This document shows, in pieces, positions 52,001 through 64,000 of a stretch of DNA of 64,000 nt. Within the stretch, counting starts at the first letter, position 1. Each line of letters opens with the position of its first letter. Source of the DNA: the human T2T-CHM13v2.0 reference genome, Homo sapiens; NCBI RefSeq assembly GCF_009914755.1, contig NC_060941.1, one strand, 5' to 3'. Below the pieces are notes generated by a model. The model made no database searches and had not been told where the DNA came from. It was given only the letters and a program-made list of their open reading frames with translations. The position numbers were made by a program, and so were the translations under genes.

Positions 52001-52784
52001 TCTGTCCTTCATGATTTCTGATGAGAAATCCCCTGTCATCTAAACTGTTTTTCTCCTATAGGCAAGATGTCATTTTTCTCTGGCTGCTTCTAAGATTTTG
52101 CTTTACTTTTAGTATTTAGAAGTTAATGATATGCCTGGGTGTCGATTTCTTTGAGTTTATCTTGTGTAGATAAACTCCTTCTTGAATCTGTAGGTTTATG
52201 TTTCCTAGCAAATTTGTAAGTTTTCAGCCATTATTTCTTTAAGTACTTTTCAGCCCCACCCTCTTCTTCCAGCACTTTAATGAGTGTTAGATCATTTGTT
52301 TTAAGGTTCTGTCTACTATTTTTTTCATCTACTGCTTTCAGTTGTTCAGGTTGGATTATTTCGATTATTCTTATTCCAACTCACTGATTTCTCTGTCCTC
52401 TTCTTTTTCCTGTTGAGCCCACCCACTGAGCTTTTTAATTCAGTTATTGTATTTTTCTGTTCTAAAATTTCCACTTTTTTAAACGTCTTCTTTTTATTTG
52501 CTGAGGCTTTCTGTTTTTCCATTTGTTTCAAGCATGTTCATAGTTGCTCTTTGAAGCACTTTTGTTATGTCTGTTTTAAAATCTTTGTCAGATAATTTAA
52601 CATCTCTATCATCTTGGTTTTGGCTTTTTTAACTCATTTATCTTCTTTTCATTCAGTGTGAGATTTTCTTGGCATAATGAGTGATTTTCAGTTGAAACTT
52701 GGGCATTTTTGTACTGTTCTTGGAATCTGGATCTTATTTAAACCCTTTAATTGGCTTTCTATTACACTTCTCTAATAAGGGAAG

Positions 52785-53140
52785 TGATATGGTTTGCTGT
52801 GTCCCCACTCAAATCTCACTTTGAATTGTAATAATCCCCACATGTCAAGGTCAGGGCCAGGTGGAGATAATTGAATCATGGGGTTGGTTTCCCCCATACT
52901 GTTCTTGTGGTAGTGAATAAGTCTCATGAGATCTGATGGTTTTTATAAATGGGAGTTGCTCTGCACAAACTGTCTTGCCTGCTGCCATGTAAGACATGAC
53001 TTTGCTCCTCATTTGCCTTCTGCCATGATTGTGAGGCCTCCCCAGCCACGTGGAACTGTGAGTCAGTTAAACCTCTTTCCTTTATGAATTATCCAGTCTT
53101 GGGTATGCCTTTATCAGCAATGTGAGAACAGACTAATACA
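52785..53140 (+). mobile_element. THE1/MST solo LTR with 5-bp TSD GGAAG
   Basis: TGATATGGTTTG...GACTAATACA flanked by GGAAG on both sides. Confidence 0.9.
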
Positions 53141-53799
53141 GGAAGCAGGGCTGGTGATGCTACCTTACTGCTTCCAGATAGAGTTGAAAGTCCAGTTTCC
53201 CTTCTGTTAGCACTTGAATGGGGAGTATCTTTTCATTACTGTTGCATGGGGGTAAGCTCATTACTACTGAGCAACAGTGAAAGTGCTGACTTTCCTCTAG
53301 GCCTCCTCTGATGGTGGGAAGGACAAGGGGTGCCTTGTTACTCCCAGTGCATGGGAGTCAAAGATCCCAATGTTGTCACTACTGATATAGAGTAGGAGGG
53401 CATTACTGACCAGCAGGGATGAAAATCCCATTTTCCTGCTTGGTTGGCATCATCATCCTCTAGTGCAGGTGTTGGGCATCTTATTATAGCCTCATAAAGG
53501 CAGAAGTATAGGCTTTCCACTCATCTTTTGCTGGGGGTGGGGAGGGGTCACAGTCTTATTCTCTTTTCTTTGATTCCACTAGAGAAGCTATTGTCTAAAA
53601 AGCTATTGTCTAAGTTTTCTGTCTTGCTAGGCTGCCTGTTTCTTTGTCCTCTGGCTAAAGAGAAAGGCCTTTGTTGGGCTTTAAAAATCTTCATCCACTT
53701 GGGTTTCTCTATTGTCTGCTTCTTCAGTTCCAAGTCTGGGGCATATAAGTCAAAAAGAAAACTCAGGGAATTTATGTCATTCTTTGGGTCCTAAGGTCC

Positions 53800-54301
53800 T
53801 GTATTAGTTCATCCTCATGCTGCTAATAAAGACATATCAGAGACTGGGTAATTTATAAAGGAAAGAGGTTTAATTGACTCACAGTTCTGCAGGATTAGGG
53901 CTTGCACCCTCTGAAGCAACATCCTTAGCTGTACTTTGGCTCCTTTTAGCCATGGCTGGAGTGACTGGCGCACTGGGCACTAAGTTCCAAGGCTGCACAC
54001 AGCAGGGCCCTGGACCCAGTCCAGGAAACCATTTTTCCCTCAGGAAACTTACAATTGTGGCAGAAGGGGAAGCAAACATGTCCTTCTTCACATGGTGACA
54101 GCAGGGATAAGTGCTAAGCAAAAGGAGGAAAACCCCTCAGAAAACCATCAGATCTCATGAGAACCCACTCACTATCACAAGAACAGCAGCATGGGAGTAA
54201 CCACCCCCATGATTCAATTACCTCTCTCCCATGGCACGTGGGGATTATGGGAACTACAATTCAATATGAGATTTGGGTGGGGACACAGCCAAACCATATC
54301 A
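53800..54301 (-). mobile_element. THE1/MST LTR with embedded internal-like segment, TSD GGTCC
   Basis: TGTATTAGT...AAACCATATCA flanked by GGTCC on both sides. Confidence 0.85.
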
Positions 54302-55436
54302 GGTCCCTGGCTTTTCCATCTTTTCTCCATCTTCCAGAATCTCTTATGTAAGTTTTATGTATAATGCCCAGGGTTTTTTTGTTGTACTTAATGAGAGGAA
54401 TAGGGAAAAGTACAAATACTCTATCTTCCTAGAAGTGGAAGATTCCTTGTAGATTTTTTTTGTAGTTCCATCAATTACTGAGGAAAAGGTGTTAAAATAT
54501 ACACTGCTTTAGGATTTACTTATGGATCGTATGTGTAAGATACCTAGCACTGTGCATGGCACAGGTTAAGTTCTTATTATTCATTCACCCAACAGATATT
54601 TCTTGAGCAACCATTACATGTCAGGCAATGTTCATCAGATATTCAACAGTGAGCATAACAAAGTCCCTGCCCTTATGGAACTTATATTTTAGCAGAAGGA
54701 GACAGATATTAAACAAATAAATTACTAGTTAAGTGGTGCCATGGACAGATATGAAACAAATCAAGGAGATAAGAAGCATAACTGGCAGGGTAGGGAGAAA
54801 TGGTTGTTTTTTTATACTGGGTGGCCAGGGAAGGTCTCTCTAATAAGGTGTAATTTGACCAGAATCCTAAAGACATTAAGGAGCAAGCCACATGGATATC
54901 TGGGTGAAGAGCCTCTGCTTTGGTGAAATGACAGATTACTGACCTTATTTGTAAGGGAAGAATGTCATCAGAACCTTTTGCTTGTCAGGGTATGGTGGAA
55001 CTCAGAACAGTGTATTGTTTCCAGAAGGAAGAATTAGATGATCATGCCCTAGGTCTGGCTTTCGCATCTATTAGTCATACAACTTTTGACAAAGCACAAT
55101 CTTCTTTGTACCTCATTTTCCAAAGGATTCTGTTATCTCACATGGTTGTGAGAATTCAGTGACTGACAAATTGCACATGAAAAAGCATTTTACAAATGAA
55201 GCAAAGGGTTCTATAGATATAAGATATTATGATTGCATCATTATTACTGCCAGTGCTATCTAACTTGGAATCAAAAACATTTAGATTAGATTTTAGAGAT
55301 TATTTTTAGCTCAACCTCCTAATTTCATGGCTAAAGAAACAAGCCCAGAGGAGCTGCAGCCTAATTTATAGATGTAAATGTGGGGCTATAGAATACAGCA
55401 TCTGATTTCTTTGTGAAAAAAAATGGTAATATAAAG

Positions 55437-55619
55437 CTGTGGTTTTCAGAATGTGGTCCCTGCATCAGCATGACGTAGGGAATTGTTAGAAATACATACA
55501 CATTCTTTGGCTCCAGTCTATACCTACTGAGTCAGAAATTCTGGAGATGGGGCCCAGCAGTCTGTGTTTTAACAAGCCCTCCAGATGATTCTGGTGCTTG
55601 CTAAATTTAAGAACCATTG
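55437..55619. mobile_element. MER5A-like hAT element
   Basis: cctactgagtcagaaattctgg...tgtgttttaacaagccctccagatgattct. Confidence 0.8.
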
Positions 55620-56155
55620 ATTAATAGGGAGGTTCACAAACCCCTTCACTCATAAAGAATGACACTGGAGAATTTAATGCCCAGGGTGAGCCTTCAGCAA
55701 AATTGTGATTAAATGGCCTTTGTAGGGGCATTTAAAAATCTTCCCTCTTTTCCTGCTTCAGGGTTACCTTTTCTTCAGGCACATCTCAAGGAACCTCTTT
55801 CCTTAGATGCTTTCTTAGTTGTTTGGCCAATAACTCTAGTCAGGGTGTTAGTTGAAATTACTACATCTTCAGATTAATAAGAGAGTAAATAAAATGACCA
55901 TCCTTTAGGGTCCCAAGAATTCAGATTCTAATAGATTTGGATATAAGACACATAGAAGAGGTAATGCTCTGGAGTAGAAGGATCCTGAGATTTCTCCTAT
56001 TCTTAACACCTGTTTGGTTATTTGAACACTTATGAATGGAGTGGAAAGAAGATTTATGATATTTCCAGTATCAGTCACAGAATTTGCTTCTAGTAACCAT
56101 GGTTTTTAAGTTCTCAGAACATAGAGAAAAAAAGGGATTGGCCTTATTACAGATT

Positions 56156-56466
56156 CTTTTTTTTTTTTTTTTTTTTTTTTTTTGAGACGATGTCTTACTC
56201 TGTTGCCCAGGCTGGAGTGCAGTGGCGCGATCTCGGCTCACAGCAAGCTCCACCTCCCGGGTTCACGCCATTCTCCTGCCTTAGCCTCCGGGAGTAGCTG
56301 GGACTACAGGCGCCCGCCACCACGCCCGGCTAATTTTTTTGTATTTTTAGTAGAGACAGGGTTTCACCGTGTTCGCCAGGATGGTCTGGATCTCCTGACC
56401 TCGTGATCCACCCGCCTCGGCCTCCAAAAGTGCTGGGATTACAGGCGTGAGCCACCACGCCCGGCC
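56156..56466 (-). mobile_element. AluY-like
   Basis: CpG-rich; TSD agattctt. Confidence 0.92.
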
Positions 56467-57567
56467 AAGATTCTTAGGTTTTATTAGCGTCATGATGCTT
56501 GACTTACCAAAAACACTAGGGTGTGGTCATCTTTGCCTAGTTCTCTGTGTGTACACTTTAAATAGTTTTATCTGTAAGTTAGAGAAGAAGTCCCTTGCTT
56601 TTTTTTAACATTTCAAAGTCTTTTTCCAGTCTCGTTTTCTTTCTGTCACACTAAGTGTTAGTGTTACAATCAGGTAGGAATTGAACTTAAACTACCTCTA
56701 TTTGTCCTAATTCAGACTTGTGTGTTCTTGGAGACAGCCTCTGCCTTCTCCTTGCATGCATCCTGTTTAGGTTCTCAGATCCAGCAGCACTAGATTAGAA
56801 ACAGTCACCAAATCTCACTAATACCTCGTATCAATTAAAGGAAAGTTGAAGAGTGCTATAAGCTGTCCTAGATTATTATGTGTGGCTTTATTTTAGTAGA
56901 TAAGGAAATACGTCTATAAATCAGCTAGTCTGTGAGGAAGATGAGGAAGAATATTGACCAGAATAACTGTGACTCTATATGCTTGCTCCTTTAATCAGGA
57001 AACCCGTAATAATTGACCCATATGTAATAGAATACACTCTTGACTCTCTACATAAGCAATTATTTAAGTTAGGAGTCAGAATAATAAAGCAATTGCCCAG
57101 TGCTTTTGAGGTCAGTAGATTAACTCTACAGAGCTTAATTAAAAAGCGATAATAAATGCTTGCTCTAGGGAGGATATTTCATTAGTCTTCATCATGGCCT
57201 GGGTGAAGTATTCCTGATAATTATTTTCTAGCCCTTTAAAATTCTCCTCTTACGAAGCAAACTTCTCACTACTAGTTAGGATTCCCACATTGGGGAAGGA
57301 GATTTCCCAAAGCAGCTCCTCCATTAGAAAAGACTAAGTTTGAAAAGACAGCACCACTATAAAGAATAAATTGGTATTCTCTTATTTTTGGAAGAAGCAA
57401 AATTTTAAACTAAGAAAATATCAAAGAAAAGAACACTATGGCAATGGCTATGATAAAATTTTGGAAATACTGTTTTTGAAATTAAGAATTAGATTTCTTT
57501 TATGGTTCCTCCTTAAAATATGCAAGATACTGAGAAAAGTCAGGCTCCTTTTCTGGAGCAAAAATGG

Positions 57568-57765
57568 ACAGAACTTTTTGGATAAATCTTTCTGTTGACC
57601 TTCTAATTCTACATACCGTTAGATTTTTGGATAAATCTTTCTGTTGACCTTACAGTAAACAGAACTTCATCTTCATCATGGCCTAGGTGAAGTATTCCTC
57701 ATAAGTAAGCAGAACTGTATGTAGAATTAGAAGGTCAACAGAAAGATTTATCTAAAAAGTTCTGT
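57568..57765. repeat. 53-bp inverted repeat with internal duplicated segments
   Basis: Arms 57568-57620 and 57713-57765 match at 51/53. Confidence 0.95.
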
Positions 57766-58773
57766 TTTTCTTGTAGAAGGAGAAAGTTCAGAGGAAAATA
57801 ACTTCTTCCAAAAGGAAATGAAATCTGTAACCACAAAGTAACTGGGATGTTTGAATGCTGTGAAACTGTTTAACTTCTTCCATTCTTTCAAGCCCTTTTC
57901 TTTATACTGTGTTAGAACTGTGCTTTCCTTCTGCATTCTTGTTTATTTCCATCACCATCATCTCTAATTTTGACCATTTTAATAGCCTCCTAAACAGTCT
58001 TTGAAGGCTTTGATCTTTCCCACCTTACTCATTCCTCCATACTGCTGCCATAATTGTGTCAATTCTCCTCTTCAAGAAATTGGACCAATTTGATGTGTGT
58101 CCTTGTTCCTTAGCACTACATATGAGGACATACCCTTCACAATCAGGCCTTATCTTCCATATCTGGCCTCATCTGCTCCCCTTTGCTCATGAAGCCTGTG
58201 CTAAAACTATGCTGAAATCTCATGCTTGTTTTCTTTTCTTAGAATGATCATAATTTTTTTTCTCTTTCACCTGATAACTGTCTGGTCCTCTTTTAGGAAT
58301 CAGCTCATAGTCTCCTTTGAGAAGCCTTTCTGGATTTCCAAAGTTAGCAGCTCACTCTATGTTATTGCCACATTTGTTTTTCACACTCATGTCAGAGTAT
58401 GTATGTTGCACATACATACAGCGTATATCTTTTTGAACTGCCGTCTTCCACACTGGATTGAACTTCTCAAAGACAGGGATAACTGTCACATCTTTCGTGT
58501 CCATTTCTGTACCAGACATATAGTTGATACTCAGTAAAATTGGTTGAATGGAATTGAGAGTGCGTTTGTCACCTTCATGTCTTCTCAGAGCACCTTATTT
58601 CATTTACCTTCCATTAAAGTTGGGTTCACTGCCTACATTCATTTTTGTTATTATCTCTGATTGCACATATTAGGAACTCCACAAATGTTGAATAAAGGAA
58701 TTAGTTCTAATAGCACTAAAGAGCTTATAATTAAGAGACAAATGTATTTTTAGATGCAAAATTATCTAAAGAT

Positions 58774-58779
58774 TTTATT
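58774..58779 (-). terminator. MYH4 polyadenylation signal AATAAA
   Basis: About 80 nt after the stop codon. Confidence 0.85.
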
Positions 58780-58858
58780 TCCTTGATATACAGGACAGTG
58801 ACAAAGAACTTCACATTTCGTGCATTTCTTTGGTCACATTTTCTTTCATTAGAATGAA

Positions 58859-59662
<804 letters not shown>

Positions 59663-60087
59663 CTAAGGAAGGTTTCAGAATTAACAGAATGAAAAAGATA
59701 ACTGCAGCCGAATTGAAAAAAAAAGTCCCAAGATGGATTTATCATGAAGTTAAATGAAGCTTAGAATTCATACTCTCATTTGCACAGGTCCATATGAGTG
59801 CTGGGGGTTGTAGAATGTTCTAGATAGGGAGGGAAGTGGATTGCAACTAAGAAACATTTGTATGTTAACATGTCTGGAAAATTGCTTAAAGAGGTCTCAG
59901 AAGAAATAAACTCAAATCTATAAGGCTCCAGTAATTTATGGTTCATTTTTCTCATTCTAAATATTCATGTTCATACCTAATTATGTATTCCCAATTTAAA
60001 GAAAACCCCCTAAATTCTATAAACTTTAGGCCCCAAAAAACCTGGATGTGCATCTGAACCTTTCATTTCCACTGTGGAGATACTCAC

Positions 60088-60183
60088 AGCCTCTTCAGCT
60101 TGTCTCTTGTAAGCTTTGACTTTGGTTTGCAATTTGTCCACCAAGTCCTGCAGCCTGAGAATATTCTTGCGGTCCTCCTCAGT
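60088..60183 (-). CDS. MYH4: MYH4 exon 39
   Basis: TEEDRKNI...AEEA, 96 nt. Confidence 0.92.
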
Positions 60184-60278
60184 CTGAAAGAGGTGCAAGT
60201 AGATGGTGCCATTATTTTAAAACAACTCATGATTTTCTTGAAAACTATAGGCCTGGAAGATATGAAAACACTGGTCAC

Positions 60279-60630
<352 letters not shown>

Positions 60631-60720
60631 CTAGTTAGCAAATAAATTTTGAAAATAATGAATTCTGATGATAGCAGGCAGCATGCATGTGTCAGTAAGA
60701 CAAATGCTCATCTTGCTTAC

Positions 60721-60846
60721 ATCAGTGATGGCCTTCTTGGCCTTCTCCTCTGCATTGCGGGCTTCCTGGACGATGTCCTCCATCTCTCCCTGGATTTGGG
60801 AAATGTCTGTTTCCAGCTTCTTCTTGGTGTTGATCAGGCTGGTGTT
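60721..60846 (-). CDS. MYH4: MYH4 exon 36
   Basis: NTSLINTK...AITD, 126 nt. Confidence 0.92.
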
Positions 60847-61235
60847 CTGTTTCAAATTAATGAAAGAGAAGAGAAGCGAAGCACATTTACTTATAACAAC
60901 TCACATTGTCATTTTACCTAGTGTACACAGGCAAAAATTATTGATCATAAGAAATGTTTAGAATAAAAACCAAATTAGAAGATAATTCTAAGTTTATGCC
61001 TTTTCTCCTTTCTATATATAGCTCTTTAATCAAACTTCTAAATTTAATTTTTGATGTCAAACATATTCAACTATTACCATTGCCATTTGTAAGCATGAAA
61101 CACAGCCCACAAAACTCAAAGTGCTGTACCATGGAGCACCACACCACAGCTCATTTAAAATGAATCAGTAATTTTTAGCTATTAACTCATGTTGGTTGAC
61201 TCCATATTTATAAATGCATAAATAGTTGTCTTGTT

Positions 61236-61632
<397 letters not shown>

Positions 61633-62503
61633 TTAATAAGAAAAATGTTGCATATTAATTTGATTTTAAAATTATATAAAGCATGCAATTTTAACACTTC
61701 TATAATAGTTATGTTTATATAGTGCAACTTTCTGAAGTATACAGTACTATATATTTATTGTAAAAGATAGTAGAACATACAAATTAGCAGACAAGAAACA
61801 AAAAATAATTACTGTGCTCTCACCAGAGATAAAGGATAAACTTTTATTTATCTTTCTGGATGTTTCCTATATGTTTATACGGGAAAAAAGATCACACAGC
61901 CTATATTATTTTTAAGTTGCTTTTTTAACTTACTATAATATAAACATCTTCCCATGGCAATAAATTCATACTACAGTGGTTACATATTAGCCATTGTGAG
62001 GATATACCACCATTTATTTAACAAATTCACTATATACAACAAATGCTAACTAGTATTAATAATGGCCTCCATGAATTTGAACTAAAGAGCTTCTCTTTGT
62101 ATCCCATGAGGTTAGCATTCTGTGCATATGTGATACGTAAATATTATTTAGTGGCTTTTTGTTTTTCTCCTCTATTTTATTTGCCTATCTTTTTGTAGCT
62201 TAGAGTTGCATAAGACAAGACAGCTACAAATGTTGTGTGTATGTTTATTTGTAGATGGTCTTCTGTGCTTTTTAAATAAAAGTTTCTAGAATTCCAGATT
62301 ATTTCAACTCAACATGATTATGCCAGCCCATAAATATACTCGTGAACCAGCTAGGTCCCAGTAAATCCTTACAGCACCCTGTACATTTTCCAGAGCTCCA
62401 GGAAGGGACGAAGATTACTTTTTACTTTATAAACAAGCTTATCTTCTCAAATTATCTTCAGCTTCAGGGAGTACATTTTCTAAACCATAGTCTTGAACCT
62501 CAC

Positions 62504-62707
62504 CTGAGTGTGCAGAAGTTGCACACGTTCACTGGCATCCAGAAGCTCTTGCTCTGCCATTTTCCTGCCTCTCTCAGTCCGTTCCAGGGATGCCCTGAGC
62601 TCTTCAACTTCAGCCTGCATCAGGTTAGCTCTGCGCTCAACCATTGCCAGTTGTTCCTTAAGGTCATCTTGGCCTCTGATGGCATCATCCAAATGTAGCT
62701 GAGTGTC
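62504..62707 (-). CDS. MYH4: MYH4 exon 35
   Basis: [12 protein letters not shown]...LHTQ, 204 nt. Confidence 0.92.
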
Positions 62708-63287
62708 CTACACAGAAAGAGAAAAAGCCTCTTACTCATGCTGCACTTAAAGCAAATGCAAACTTATGGTCATGTACACTCTTTGATCTTAATGACTTAG
62801 AGTATGATTAGATAGGAGCAATCGGCAAGTACCTTTAATAATAAATTCTTTGTAGCTGAGGGTTGCAGTTCTACTCAAAAGAACATGATGTTTTATTATT
62901 TTAGACCCTGAATCATTAAAAAATACCATGGCTAGCTCTACAAAATTTTGGATCAGGAAAGTATCCTTAGACTTCAGCGAGTCCAGTGGTGCTATTTTAC
63001 ATATTAAGCAAATGAAGTCCAGATTAATGAAGTGATTTAAGCAGTGGCATGTAGCCAAACTCTTTCATCACTTCCTCTATCTCCCTACCCCTCACCACAG
63101 TGCTTCTCTGCAGATAACAAAGCAAACTCTGTCCTGGGCCTTCCAGAATTAAGCTCTTTTTCAGTTGTGTGTGTATAACTTTGAACTTTGAACTGATTAC
63201 CATGTTGCTTAGGTGATTTATGACACATAGTCCTCGTAAAACATTAAAATTTGAGTTACACAGTAGCACTGAGACTGTACAACACTA

Positions 63288-63638
<351 letters not shown>

Positions 63639-63886
63639 TTAGGTTACCTAAAGAGCTTTTTATTTCTTTCACATTATGATAATTTCCCCAAGAAGGCATT
63701 AAAAAACCCATAAACTATCATACGTCTTAATGTAGCCTATTAGCTCTGCATTCTCAAGGTACAATTCAGTATTTTTCACTGAATTACTTGTGTTATTCCC
63801 TAAAGATTTGCAACATGATAGAGATCTCAGTTGCTATTAATTTTCAATTTATTTATAATGCAGAGCTAAGCAAATGAAAAATGTAC

Positions 63887-64000
63887 CTCTGCTTCCTCTA
63901 GGGAAGTCTGTAGTTCACTCTTCTCATGATCAAGTTGTTTCTTTACTTTCTCCAGTTCATGGATATGCTTTCCACCCTCTGCAATTTGCTCTGTCAGGTC
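63887..64000 (-). CDS. MYH4: MYH4 exon 33 (partial)
   Basis: [38 protein letters not shown] then gtacat. Confidence 0.9.

Larger units (their letters stand above)
38000..52780. mobile_element. Block of nested old L1 fragments with other repeats
   Basis: L1 3'-end motifs in both orientations (for example 40585-41130 on +), ORF2 and ORF1/5' relics; boundaries not resolved. Confidence 0.75.

Noticed and set aside
57568-57765. CRISPR-like or canonical pre-miRNA reading of the repeated 28-53 nt units
   Set aside because: Eukaryotic context, mixed orientation and only three copies; the 92-nt loop is too large for a canonical pre-miRNA

Overview
Human-type (Alu/L1-rich) genomic DNA from the skeletal myosin heavy chain cluster (17p13.1, from recall). 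The minus strand holds the complete MYH8 (perinatal MyHC) gene, about 5829-37457. It has two short 5' non-coding exons and 38 coding exons; I placed all of them by GT-AG sites, and the CDS sums to 5814 nt (1937 aa plus TAA), frame intact. Upstream lies about 21 kb of intergenic DNA, mostly old L1, L2, MaLR and DNA-transposon relics. The window ends in the last eight exons of a paralog identified as MYH4 (C-terminus ...HTKVISEE). I see no evidence of a wholly new gene system. The best leads are: (i) a well-formed + strand exon (21655-21745) whose splice signals lie inside MYH8 coding sequence, probably an exon of the antisense lncRNA MYHAS; (ii) a mosaic 53-bp inverted repeat with templated insertions about 1 kb past the MYH4 poly(A) signal; (iii) an MYH8/MYH4 gene-conversion signature at exon 37 and intron 36; (iv) a closely spaced inverted Alu pair; (v) miR-23 seed sites present in the MYH4 3' UTR and broken in MYH8. 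Repeat subfamily names and boundaries are by eye and approximate.
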